Origin: a virus
IMG/VR virus record: IMGVR_UViG_3300029258_005404
Direction: 5' to 3' (one strand)
Length of the DNA: 64,000 nucleotides
Within the stretch, counting starts at the first letter, position 1. Every line of letters begins with the position of its first letter. This document shows positions 35,729 to 44,571 of the stretch, piece after piece. The position numbers were made by a program, and so were the translations under genes. The notes below the pieces were generated by a model, which was not told the DNA's origin, did no database searches, and was given only the letters and a program-made list of their open reading frames with translations.

Positions 35729-35945
35729 CTACTATGTAAATGATAATTATTTGACAAGGAGAAGTAATGCCAGAATTTGATATTTCAATAGTAAAAATAG
35801 CCCAAACAACTGAAGATTTTCATATAACTACAAAGAATAAAAAAGAGGCTGAAAAGCTTGCTATACAAGCGGCTAAGAAAACTGAATTTAGTCATGGGGA
35901 GCCTGATATAATTACTGATATGATTATTGAGTGTAAGGGGGAGTA

Positions 35946-36224
35946 ATGGATATACGAGATTTTTGTGAATTGGTATACACATCTTATCAGAAATATGAAG
36001 AATCAAGATTGGAAAACTCTCTTGACATTCTTGAAGAAGAAATACAAGCAACTGTTTTGGACTTTGTTAATGATGGTGGGATCAATAACTGTTCAGTTGA
36101 TGCGCTTTGTTGTGATACTTCATCTCTTGTAAATACTATGTATGAACTACTCGGATTGAATAAAACCCCTGGGATTGAAGAAGAAATTGATGATATATTC
36201 TCTGCTGAAGAAAATAATTTATGA
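35946..36224 (+). CDS. Acidic hypothetical protein
   Basis: GGGGGAG SD. Confidence 0.6.
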   Translation: MDIRDFCELVYTSYQKYEESRLENSLDILEEEIQATVLDFVNDGGINNCSVDALCCDTSSLVNTMYELLGLNKTPGIEEEIDDIFSAEENNL

Positions 36225-36487
36225 TTTACATTGATGAAATACGCGATTATACCGGTATGACAAATTTAAAATATAAAAAATGGTCACATATGTGGACTGA
36301 TGGCGATATTGAAGAATTGCATAAATTTGCAGAGAAACTTGGATTAAAAAGAAGATGGTTCCAAAATAAAAAACGGTTACCACATTATGATTTAGTTCCT
36401 ACAAAAAGAGCTATCGCATTAAGAATGGGGGCGAGATTTATTCCGCTTAGAGAATGGTATAAAAAGTTGAAATTAATGAATAAATAA
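36221..36487 (+). CDS. DUF4031-family protein
   Basis: MIYID...WSHMWTD.DIEELH.FA..LGLKR.WFQ....PHYDL. Confidence 0.8.
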   Translation: MIYIDEIRDYTGMTNLKYKKWSHMWTDGDIEELHKFAEKLGLKRRWFQNKKRLPHYDLVPTKRAIALRMGARFIPLREWYKKLKLMNK

Positions 36488-36518
36488 ATCTATTTTATAT
36501 AAAATCATTACGACATAT

Positions 36519-36595
36519 TGCAGGGTAGAGCAGTTGGATAGCTTGCTTGGCTCATAACCAAGAGGTCGGGGGTTCAAATCCCCTCCCTGCTACCA
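36519..36595 (+). tRNA. tRNA-Met(CAT), initiator-like
   Basis: TGCAGGG...CTTGG-CTCATAA-CCAAG...GGGGG-TTCAAAT-CCCCT-CCCTGCT-ACCA; unpaired U1.U72 and A11:U24 are initiator-like; only 2 of the 3 anticodon-stem G:C pairs. Confidence 0.92.
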
Positions 36596-36609
36596 ATATA
36601 ATAGAAACA

Positions 36610-36837
36610 CATCATAGGTGTACGTGCTTTACACTTGGACATTGATCGTGGAGCCGTATAGCTTGTACGATTCGGTTCTTGTGCTACGAACACGAGTACA
36701 GAATAAAGCACACGTACTGGTAAGCGGGGTGAACTTCCGTGAGATATCTGTTGTGTTTCTAATTCGGGTAATATGGATGATCTGAGAAGGTGTTTTGTGT
36801 CTCCCATTAGGCATCTTTAATGTAATTCCATATTACC
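36610..36837. ncRNA. Structured non-coding RNA downstream of tRNA-Met
   Basis: Stems 36620-36631/36704-36717 and 36767-36777/36827-36837 with inner hairpins; no credible ORF. Confidence 0.45.
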
Positions 36838-36863
36838 TTTTTTAATTTTATAAAGGAGGATAA

Positions 36864-37331
36864 ATGGATATACGTATCATACTTCTATTTGCGGTTATTT
36901 TACCAATAATATTTATATTATTATGGAGAACATTCTGGGAAACGTATGGCAGACCCAAATGGATTCCATGGAAAATATTCTACCCTATTCACCAGGTGGA
37001 ATGGTGGATATTCGAAACTTTATGGTGTAACAGGTTTTTGACACAGTGGAGGTGGGATAGAAGGAAGGATAAAAACACTCTTCCGATCCAGAACTGGGGG
37101 TATAATGGATTTTCCGGGAGCCTTAAAGAAGGCATGGCACCATTCACAGGCCAGTTTGTCAGGTGGACAGCTGACCCTGGTGTAGCTGAGATTAGATGTT
37201 CTGATGGCAAGACCAGATACATACCTTCTTATGCAATTCATGGGCACAAGCCGCCTGAGCCAGATTATGAAAAAATGAAAAAGAATGGACAGATGGCTTA
37301 CTTCGGTAAGGCATCAAGCTCTGAAAATTAA
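36864..37331 (+). CDS. Membrane-anchored hypothetical protein
   Basis: AGGAGG SD, N-terminal TM, Trp-rich. Confidence 0.65.
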   Translation: MDIRIILLFAVILPIIFILLWRTFWETYGRPKWIPWKIFYPIHQVEWWIFETLWCNRFLTQWRWDRRKDKNTLPIQNWGYNGFSGSLKEGMAPFTGQFVRWTADPGVAEIRCSDGKTRYIPSYAIHGHKPPEPDYEKMKKNGQMAYFGKASSSEN

Positions 37332-37349
37332 ATAACTGAGGTAGAGATT

Positions 37350-37592
37350 ATGTCACAATTACCAATAGCGCATATTGAGTTCAGAGGTGATGTTCCTGCG
37401 ATTTATCACAATATGCCATGCCCAATATGCTATCATAAACATGCAGTTTATCAAACCAATAATGGTATATTTTTACCATGTTGGAGGTGTCAGGAAAAAG
37501 GATTCAAATTAATAAAAACGAAAAGTAAATTTATATTAAAAATCCTTCATTGGCTTGGCGTTATTAAATTACCACAAAAGGGCAGTGTTTAA
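37350..37592 (+). CDS. Small Zn-binding protein
   Basis: CPIC and CWRC; GAGG SD. Confidence 0.6.
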   Translation: MSQLPIAHIEFRGDVPAIYHNMPCPICYHKHAVYQTNNGIFLPCWRCQEKGFKLIKTKSKFILKILHWLGVIKLPQKGSV

Positions 37593-37606
37593 CTGTCCTT
37601 TTTTTT
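37577..37606 (+). terminator. Rho-independent terminator
   Basis: AAGGGCAGT/ACTGTCCTT stem plus T-run. Confidence 0.75.
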
Positions 37607-37634
37607 AGTTATTAACTTCATAAATGTGGTATAA
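37607..37634 (+). promoter_or_regulatory. Phage promoter motif
   Basis: AGTTATTA-N12-TGGTATAA. Confidence 0.65.
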
Positions 37635-37675
37635 TTATTATGTAAAGAATAATTATTAATTTTAAGGAGAACAAA

Positions 37676-38122
37676 ATGAAATTTAATTTTAAAGATGTTT
37701 ATAACACAACGGTAGATTTTGCTGCCGAAGCAATAAATCAAACTATTGATTTAGCGATAAACACATCAATCAATATATATGATTTTGCCAAAAGGCTCGG
37801 TTCAAAAAACGGTCGTGAAAAGAATTGGAATGATATTAAAAAAAAAGCTAACGACTTTGCAAAAATTGTTTTGAATGAGGCAAAAAAGATATTGAAAGAT
37901 GTGGTCGATAATTGGGAAGCGGCTATAATATTAACATTGTCGTCAGTTGGATTAACTCATATCATTGGCAGCCTTCCTGAAACAGTTAATTTACCAGCAT
38001 TTATTGAAATCCCTATGGTTGCTCCGGTAATCTCTGTATTAATAATACTTTTTCTTGTATTTCTTATTGAAAGAAAAATGAAAGGAGTCAATAATGAGAC
38101 TTCTGGCGCAAGGATTAGTTAG
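37676..38122 (+). CDS. Membrane protein (two C-terminal TM helices)
   Basis: AAGGAG SD; hydrophobic segments. Confidence 0.65.
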   Translation: MKFNFKDVYNTTVDFAAEAINQTIDLAINTSINIYDFAKRLGSKNGREKNWNDIKKKANDFAKIVLNEAKKILKDVVDNWEAAIILTLSSVGLTHIIGSLPETVNLPAFIEIPMVAPVISVLIILFLVFLIERKMKGVNNETSGARIS

Positions 38123-39746
38123 AGGGAAGGGCCTTTATCAGTGTATAAATCCAGCTTGGCCAAAAGTTTTAAAAATTGGAAAAGTAAAACGAATTCTCAA
38201 AATAGTTAAAATAATTTCACTGATTGAAAAATATCATAAAGCAAGATCTATTGATGACATAGTAGAAGTTTTTTCAAGAAGAATGATAAAGTGGTTTGTT
38301 TTTGGGTTTGTTAGCAAAAAGACAGAGAGTGTTTATCAAAAAGCGGCATCAAGTAGCAATGTTTTTAACGGTACAAAAAAGAGAACATGGTTAAATAGAG
38401 GTAGTAATTCTTCAAGAACAGTAAAACGAATGAGGGTTGTATTCCACCATGCAACCAACCCTCATTTGGACATTCATATAGGACACTTGAGTCTTGTAAT
38501 AAATCTCGGAAACAAACCGGTAATGAATGATATCAAGTTCAATAAAAATGGCGAACTTACTGAAAAGAGTAAAGCTGCAATTATGGAATTCCTGCGTGAA
38601 GAGATAATGAACAATTCCAGAATGGCACAGAATCTTGATCACTCGGTAAGGAACGCAGCTACATCATGGAACGCTGGTGAGGTTGGAATATCTGGTTATG
38701 GCTCTGGATTAACCAGGCAGACCGTTGTAAATGAACCAGTTGAGATAATGTCTATAGATGATGGAGATGGTAAAACGATAAAGATGTATTGTCCGATTAT
38801 TAACCGACACAGATTGCTCTATTTGCATAAACTATATAATGGAAATAAGAAAAAGGCACCTATAGTCACTTGGGGGACAATCAAGAAGCCATCCCCATCG
38901 TTTGAGAGCAGGCTTCATCTTAAAAGCGATAAGGATATCAATTCTTTCAGGAAAAACGTTGATCACGAAACAGTTACTAAGAAATATGATGGTGCAAGCG
39001 CATATTTTGATACCGGTGAAAAGGAGACGAGCTGGTGGTCTCCAAGAGTAAGTAATGAAACCGGAGATCGTATAATGTATTCAGGAAAGGTTCCAGAGCT
39101 GTTTCGAATAAAAAGTAAAGAGCATCCCCGTGGTATTGGTGAGCTGATGTTTATCAGGAAATTTAATATATTTAATCCGTTTGCAAGAAGAATGCTAACC
39201 GCTGCGGAAACAGGCGGGATTCTTAATTCGGATAAAATAAGGCCGATGAGTATAATTCCTGTATTCATAGTTTACCGAATTGATAGATGGGGCGGAAGCA
39301 GAACAACAGAGCTGCCATTTAAAGAAAATCGAGTTCTACAAAAGCTATTTGCTGATATGAGTGAATATGTCGAGATTCCAGAATTTGTTTCAATTGCAAT
39401 CCACAAAGGTATTGAAGGGATTGTCGGTGTCCCGGCCGGAAAGAGTATAAATGAAGGAAGAAAACATAGATTCTGGGGAGATCCTCATGACTGGCAGGTT
39501 ATTTCAGTTGATCTAAAATGGGGTCCAAAAGGAAAACCTGCTGGAATGGTTCTTTTTCGGTCTCTCGATTCAGAAAAAGTGTTTAAGCTCGGGCCCGGAC
39601 AGCTCGGAAAAGAAAATGAATTCATTGAGCTGCTTAATAAAGGTAATTCGCTTATTGGGATGGTGGCCAAAGTGAACTCTCGATACGGTCACGAAGGCAG
39701 AGCGTCTAAGCTGGCTGAATGGCATTTGGATAAGGGGATCGGTTAA
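38094..39746 (+). CDS. ATP-dependent ligase with N-terminal LigD-type 3'-phosphoesterase-like domain
   Basis: HHATNPHLDIH, RMAQNLDH, GYGSG (PE-like); TKKYDG motif I, GE motif III, EGIV motif IV; OB-like tail. Confidence 0.65.
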   Translation: MRLLAQGLVRGKGLYQCINPAWPKVLKIGKVKRILKIVKIISLIEKYHKARSIDDIVEVFSRRMIKWFVFGFVSKKTESVYQKAASSSNVFNGTKKRTWLNRGSNSSRTVKRMRVVFHHATNPHLDIHIGHLSLVINLGNKPVMNDIKFNKNGELTEKSKAAIMEFLREEIMNNSRMAQNLDHSVRNAATSWNAGEVGISGYGSGLTRQTVVNEPVEIMSIDDGDGKTIKMYCPIINRHRLLYLHKLYNGNKKKAPIVTWGTIKKPSPSFESRLHLKSDKDINSFRKNVDHETVTKKYDGASAYFDTGEKETSWWSPRVSNETGDRIMYSGKVPELFRIKSKEHPRGIGELMFIRKFNIFNPFARRMLTAAETGGILNSDKIRPMSIIPVFIVYRIDRWGGSRTTELPFKENRVLQKLFADMSEYVEIPEFVSIAIHKGIEGIVGVPAGKSINEGRKHRFWGDPHDWQVISVDLKWGPKGKPAGMVLFRSLDSEKVFKLGPGQLGKENEFIELLNKGNSLIGMVAKVNSRYGHEGRASKLAEWHLDKGIG

Positions 39747-39768
39747 ACCGGTCCCTTTACTTTTTTTT
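39732..39768 (+). terminator. Rho-independent terminator
   Basis: AAGGGGATCGGT-TAA-ACCGGTCCCTTT plus T-run. Confidence 0.65.
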
Positions 39769-39781
39769 AGAAAGGAGAAAT

Positions 39782-40003
39782 ATGGCTATCGATGGGGTAA
39801 CAAAAGCTCATGTAATATGCTGCAATGATGGCGTAATGGCTGTTGTCCTTGGTCCTGAGAAAAAGGCAAAAAAGAAATGTGAGCAAATGAAAGAGGAATA
39901 TATAAAGAAGCATTATCATTATATGCGTGAAAAAGAGCTCGAAGAGCAGAAACAACTTTTATATTTCCATTTGCATACCGTAGATGTATTTTTTATTAAT
40001 TAA
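39782..40003 (+). CDS. Small hypothetical protein
   Basis: AAGGAG SD. Confidence 0.6.
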   Translation: MAIDGVTKAHVICCNDGVMAVVLGPEKKAKKKCEQMKEEYIKKHYHYMREKELEEQKQLLYFHLHTVDVFFIN

Positions 40004-40030
40004 TATTTTAATCAAAATATAGGAGGTTCA

Positions 40031-40594
40031 GTGAGGATTGTTATTGACGTCAGAGATGATGTAATTGCCAGATGGGGTTCGTTATTCATTCACCCACTGA
40101 GTTATAATACGCAGGAAGTGCGTATGTATACGCCTGGTTTTGAAATGGTACAAGGTATTCAACCAAATCAGGCATTTACTGTAAGTATTTTACAGAGTCC
40201 TCAGCAAATGCAGGTACAGCAACCAACTACACCACCTCAACCTGCAGCACCGGCCGGATGGCCACAGCAGCCACAATTGCCAAACGAGTATCCGCCGCCA
40301 CAATTGCCGAAAGCGTATGAACCACCAAAGCCGGCACAACCGCCTACAATGCAGCAAACTCCACCTTCATATGTTCCGCCGGATAATCAACCTACCCCGC
40401 CTGCAACGCAAGACAATTCGTCTTTGCAAAAACAGCAATCATCTTCACAACAGCCGACACCAACCGATAAACCACCACTTTCATTGGTTACCCCGGATGA
40501 ACATAAAAAAGATAATGATAATTTGCAAAATAATGAAAGTGATAATAAAGACGCTAAAGGAAATAAAGGTGAAGAGCCCGAAAAGGAGACTTAG
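40031..40594 (+). CDS. Pro/Gln-rich low-complexity protein
   Basis: AGGAGG SD; PQ-rich centre. Confidence 0.65.
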   Translation: MRIVIDVRDDVIARWGSLFIHPLSYNTQEVRMYTPGFEMVQGIQPNQAFTVSILQSPQQMQVQQPTTPPQPAAPAGWPQQPQLPNEYPPPQLPKAYEPPKPAQPPTMQQTPPSYVPPDNQPTPPATQDNSSLQKQQSSSQQPTPTDKPPLSLVTPDEHKKDNDNLQNNESDNKDAKGNKGEEPEKET

Positions 40595-40624
40595 TGTCAA
40601 ATATGATATTTTATAGTATATTAT

Positions 40625-40658
40625 AGGTAGTGGGGTAAAATCTCACTACCTTTTTTTT
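40625..40658 (+). terminator. Rho-independent terminator
   Basis: AGGTAGTGGG/CTCACTACCT stem plus T-run. Confidence 0.75.
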
Positions 40659-40661
40659 ATC

Positions 40662-40689
40662 TGTGATATTTATAAATTAATTGTAATAA
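40662..40689 (+). promoter_or_regulatory. Phage promoter motif variant
   Basis: TGTGATAT-N12-TGTAATAA. Confidence 0.45.
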
Positions 40690-40823
40690 CTATATTGTAA
40701 GGAGTAATTTTGGCATCAGATTCAAAGAAAAAAAATAAGCGAAAGATGGCCCGTGCTTCCCGTCGTCTTAATCGTTTCAAAAAAGGAAGAAGTAAAAAAC
40801 AAGGGAAGTATTAAGGAAGTATT

Positions 40824-41132
40824 ATGCTTATATTTTTTGAAACCGACAGTGATTTAAACCTTATGACCGAAATGGTTAAAGCATATGAAGAAAAGCGTGC
40901 AAAAGCGCTCCGCAGTGATGACCTTATTACTCATAATATTATTGAGATAATAAAAAAAGAAATTCGTCTACAGAAATACACACGAGCAGGCTATCTCACC
41001 AAACATGTCCGTTGTCATAGATGTAAGAATGTATGGCTTGCGTTATATGATGACGAAAGGGCGTCAATTACATGCCCAACATGTAAAGAAAAAATTCCAA
41101 TTGTTCGACAAAAAAAGAACAAGGAAAAATAG
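40824..41132 (+). CDS. Zn-ribbon protein
   Basis: CHRC and CPTC; AAGGA SD. Confidence 0.6.
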   Translation: MLIFFETDSDLNLMTEMVKAYEEKRAKALRSDDLITHNIIEIIKKEIRLQKYTRAGYLTKHVRCHRCKNVWLALYDDERASITCPTCKEKIPIVRQKKNKEK

Positions 41133-41419
41133 TGTCTCAAAAATTAGATAATTTAATGATGAATTTTAACAAACTGGTAGAGTTAAAATTCAAAGAATTT
41201 CTATATATATTTTTAAAAAATTATTATCATAATGCAACTTGTGAAAAACTTACCCACATATTAATGAATCTACCATTAGGCTATTTTTTAAATGAAAAAG
41301 ATATTAGTCATATATTTAAAAATGGGAAACCATTATCATACAATGAAGTAATTGAATTATTATCAAAAAAAAACATTAAATCAATAATCGAGGAGGATGA
41401 ATGCCATACAAATGGGTAG
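41132..41419 (+). CDS. Hypothetical protein
   Basis: GTG overlapping the upstream stop. Confidence 0.5.
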   Translation: MSQKLDNLMMNFNKLVELKFKEFLYIFLKNYYHNATCEKLTHILMNLPLGYFLNEKDISHIFKNGKPLSYNEVIELLSKKNIKSIIEEDECHTNG

Positions 41420-42141
41420 ATCCGGATTTGTATCTGGAATATTTTGGTATACGCATCTTCCGTGCGTATGATGATGAATGGTATGACCAACCATTAACCT
41501 ATTGGTTTACAACATCTAATTTTGACGATAGTCAAGATTGGCAATTTGATGCTAGAGAGCATGTTAGTATAGTAAATATAGCAGCTGGTAGAGATGCGCA
41601 TTGTAGTGATGATATTGCTCTAAAAGAAGGAATAATGCGCGCAATAGAGCTTCAGGAGCTTAAGCTTCCTGTTGATGAAGGTGTTGACTACCCATTCAAA
41701 AGAGGGACGTTTAACTGGTATGTGAATCATCCGGGTGAATTTATCCAGTCACTTTCAAAAGCGATAATGAAAGCTGATATGGGAAACAGGTCAAAGCTTA
41801 ATAAAATATACAGGCATGCAATGTTGGCAAATGCAATAGGAAATTGGGATAAAATTGTTGATGGAAATATAATTGACGAACCGCTTGGTGATAACACTAA
41901 GGTTTCAGTAATAAACCCTGAAAATCCTGTTCATGGGTGCTTCTTCTGGTATCTGCATCATTCAGGTTCATTTGTAACGCATATGGCAAATACAATAAGA
42001 TATGCTGATAATAACAACCGTGAATTAATAAGAATAGTTTATCCGCAAATGGTTGCTGCATATGATTTAAGTAATTGGAATCAAATTCCAGAAAATTTTA
42101 CCCCAGTATATAATGCGGAGAATGTTGGTGAAAGAGGGTAG
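41401..42141 (+). CDS. Hypothetical protein with an internal two-copy repeat
   Basis: GAGGAGG SD; GTFNWYVNHPGEFIQSLSKAIMKADMGNR versus GCFFWYLHHSGSFVTHMANTIRYADNNNR. Confidence 0.7.
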   Translation: MPYKWVDPDLYLEYFGIRIFRAYDDEWYDQPLTYWFTTSNFDDSQDWQFDAREHVSIVNIAAGRDAHCSDDIALKEGIMRAIELQELKLPVDEGVDYPFKRGTFNWYVNHPGEFIQSLSKAIMKADMGNRSKLNKIYRHAMLANAIGNWDKIVDGNIIDEPLGDNTKVSVINPENPVHGCFFWYLHHSGSFVTHMANTIRYADNNNRELIRIVYPQMVAAYDLSNWNQIPENFTPVYNAENVGERG

Positions 42142-42304
42142 ATTAAATATAATTCTATCAATTCCAGCCGATTTTCTCGAAAAATTTATCCATTTCATAA
42201 ATAATATAAATGCTTTAAATAGCGATAAAGGGCAACCTGTAATAGTTGAAAAAATTTATTATAACAAGGAGGATTCTATTGAGGATAAGGCTGAAAGTGA
42301 ATAG
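42113..42304 (+). CDS. Small hypothetical protein (start uncertain)
   Basis: ORF bridging neighbouring genes. Confidence 0.35.
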   Translation: MRRMLVKEGRLNIILSIPADFLEKFIHFINNINALNSDKGQPVIVEKIYYNKEDSIEDKAESE

Positions 42305-42662
42305 TTATAAACATTATGGTGGTAACTATTCAGAACAATTAGAAGCAATAGATGGTCAATGGGTTAATATTGATACAACATTTTTACACAATGATCAATT
42401 AAATACAATGCCAATAATCGGGGTAACAAATATTGGTCTTAGAATATATCAAAAAGATATAGAAGAAATCCAAAATGATGAACGTGTTGGCAGATGGAGG
42501 TGCGATTATTGTGGTTCATGGACTGATACTGGAAAACCCTGTCAAAATTGTGATAAAGGAACTTCTTATATGAGTGAATTTTTTCCTGGAACAAAAAGAA
42601 GTCCAAGAACAGTTCAGGAAGAAGTTGACGGAATGTTAGAAGATATATTTCAGGAAACATAA
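42246..42662 (+). CDS. Zn-ribbon-containing hypothetical protein (start probably downstream of 42246)
   Basis: CDYC and CQNC. Confidence 0.55.
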   Translation: MKKFIITRRILLRIRLKVNSYKHYGGNYSEQLEAIDGQWVNIDTTFLHNDQLNTMPIIGVTNIGLRIYQKDIEEIQNDERVGRWRCDYCGSWTDTGKPCQNCDKGTSYMSEFFPGTKRSPRTVQEEVDGMLEDIFQET

Positions 42663-42779
42663 TAAATTAATGTATAAAGTCTTAATGTTATTTTATATAT
42701 AAAAAAGTAATAACTATTATAGTTGATGGATTAATTATTTATTTTACCCTTTTGTTTTCTCAAAGAATATAAATGCGGC

Positions 42780-43620
42780 GTTGTTTCGATGTCGTTTACT
42801 TATATCATTTATACTCAGCCACGAAGCTCGCTCTTGCAGAGCGTCGCTTCAGGCTGGTCGCTGATTTACTGAAGTAAATCAAAACGCGACACGTATAAAT
42901 GATACTGGGCGCTCGGCCGACCGCGGGTCCGGATGCTGTTGCGGTCCGGGGTTCAAACCTGTGACCGATGCTTGTTGAGGGGAACTTTGGCACCGCTCCC
43001 GGAAAAGTTAGAACGGTAAGAAGTTTAATATCGGTATGATACTTTCCGTCGGGCCTCGCGAAACTGCTCGAGCAATAGTTTGAGAATTATTTTCCAAGTA
43101 TGCCCCAACATCGCCGCTCCGGCGCTATGGTGGCCCTTGAAAAGTAAAAAAGTTTTTTACTACTCAAGGGTAGTTGCAGGGGCACATACTGCATTAGAGA
43201 TGCGGGGTAACCCTTCCCCGCATCTTCTATTAATTTGATATTTAACTCCAAGATTTTACACTTGATGTTTCATCAAGGTATAAAATACCACTTCGTGGTA
43301 CCGTCGAGGCGGGCTCGAGCGTGGGGCGTCGGAGGCGATGGTAATTCTGCCGCTCCATCCCCCGACGACTGCAGGTGCATGCTTGCGCGGTTACTGGGAT
43401 CTGGGTCCGGATGGGCACGAACGTACGCGACGGACAACAAGATTGAGCTATATTTAAGTTGGAGTATTTTCTTCTAAGATTTTTAAATTCTATTGTTACG
43501 ATAGAATATAAAAATTTTCCTATTATTAGCCACCAGTTTCCTACTGGTGGCTACAGCTCGGTGAATTCATCTCGAGATACCATGGTCTTGGACTGCAGCT
43601 GTAGCTGGATTTACGGTTAC
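42780..43620. ncRNA. Large GC-rich structured non-coding locus at the strand switch
   Basis: Many long stems (42803-42814/42893-42904, 43198-43225, 43527-43553 and others); no credible CDS. Confidence 0.55.
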
Positions 43621-43651
43621 TAAACCTGGTCAAATTTAAGTTAGAAGAAAT

Positions 43652-43689
43652 AAAAAAAAAGAGAGTAAAATTTAACTCTCTTTTTTTTT
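43652..43689. terminator. Bidirectional Rho-independent terminator
   Basis: A9-GAGAGT-loop-ACTCTC-T9, ending the minus-strand structural operon. Confidence 0.85.
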
Positions 43690-43711
43690 AGCTATTAGAA
43701 AAATTATTGAA

Positions 43712-44530
43712 TTAACCGTCGATTGCTGTTTGATCCCAATTGGTTTGCTCAGATACGATATTAAGATCGGCAAGATTCTCACCTTTAACATAATCTTTCG
43801 ATGCAGCTGTATTAATAGGTCTACAGCGAACAAATTCCATATTGATTGATTCTGTAAGCACATTCATATTGGCTGAAATACCCATATTCAATGTGCTAAC
43901 ACGACATCCTTCAAAATATGTTTGTCCAACAGTATCATCTTGTTGATCTTTGAAATAAAATGCGAGCCCAACGGGCTGTTCAAAGAAAGAAGAGGCTAGA
44001 TTCATGGCAAGATTTCCAGAACCAATATTGGCGAATTTTTGATATGTTTCGGCGCCATCAACATAATAAGGGTTTGAAGTAAATTTGGCAAATTTCTTAT
44101 CTTGTGTAGCAAAATCTGCTTTTACCTCACCCATATATATTGCCTTAAGAAGGCTTGGTCCGTCAAAAAATACACGACTTAAACTTATTCCACCCACGGT
44201 ACGACCAGGTATGATATAGCTGAGCTTTGATCCAATTTCAAAAATACGGCTCAAGGGCTTGTTCATACTTATCTGAGCTGTTTCGATAAGGCCGATAGGT
44301 ACAACTCTGAACCCGTCAGGGTCTTCCGAAGCTTTATCGAGATCAGAAGGGCCGGCAGCGATAAGAACGGTTCCCGATTCAACTATATCATTTATAGCAA
44401 TCGATTCTTTTGTGTCAATACCATGAGGGGAAATATAAGCCTGAGATACATGAGCATCTTCCCAGTCCCAACCGCCAGATTGGTCTATTAACTCTTGCAA
44501 ATCCACTTTAGGTAGAGGTGGCATATGCAT
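43712..44530 (-). CDS. Tail tube-like protein
   Basis: Follows the sheath gene; SRIFEIGS...YIIPGR..G.I.LSRV and FEGC.V....M.ISA....E.I.MEF resemble large-phage tube proteins. Confidence 0.6.
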   Translation of the reverse strand: MHMPPLPKVDLQELIDQSGGWDWEDAHVSQAYISPHGIDTKESIAINDIVESGTVLIAAGPSDLDKASEDPDGFRVVPIGLIETAQISMNKPLSRIFEIGSKLSYIIPGRTVGGISLSRVFFDGPSLLKAIYMGEVKADFATQDKKFAKFTSNPYYVDGAETYQKFANIGSGNLAMNLASSFFEQPVGLAFYFKDQQDDTVGQTYFEGCRVSTLNMGISANMNVLTESINMEFVRCRPINTAASKDYVKGENLADLNIVSEQTNWDQTAIDG

Positions 44531-44571
44531 TTCCTCCTTTAATTAATATTCTATATTGAATTGATTACCAT

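Noticed and set aside
36651-36678. Group II intron domain V-like GAGCCG...CGGTTC
   Set aside because: Too short, with no GNRA loop, domain VI, interrupted gene or maturase.
1411-42660. Short minus-strand track ORFs opposite the early genes
   Set aside because: Antisense to well-supported plus-strand genes, with no SD or recognisable motifs.
42975-43455. RNase P RNA (GAGGGGAACTTTGG ... ACAAGATTGAGCT)
   Set aside because: The putative P4 strands do not pair; kept only as an unidentified structured RNA.
42805-43477. Track ORFs 42805-42993 (-) and 43235-43477 (+)
   Set aside because: No SD and atypical composition; better explained by GC-rich RNA structure lacking stop codons.
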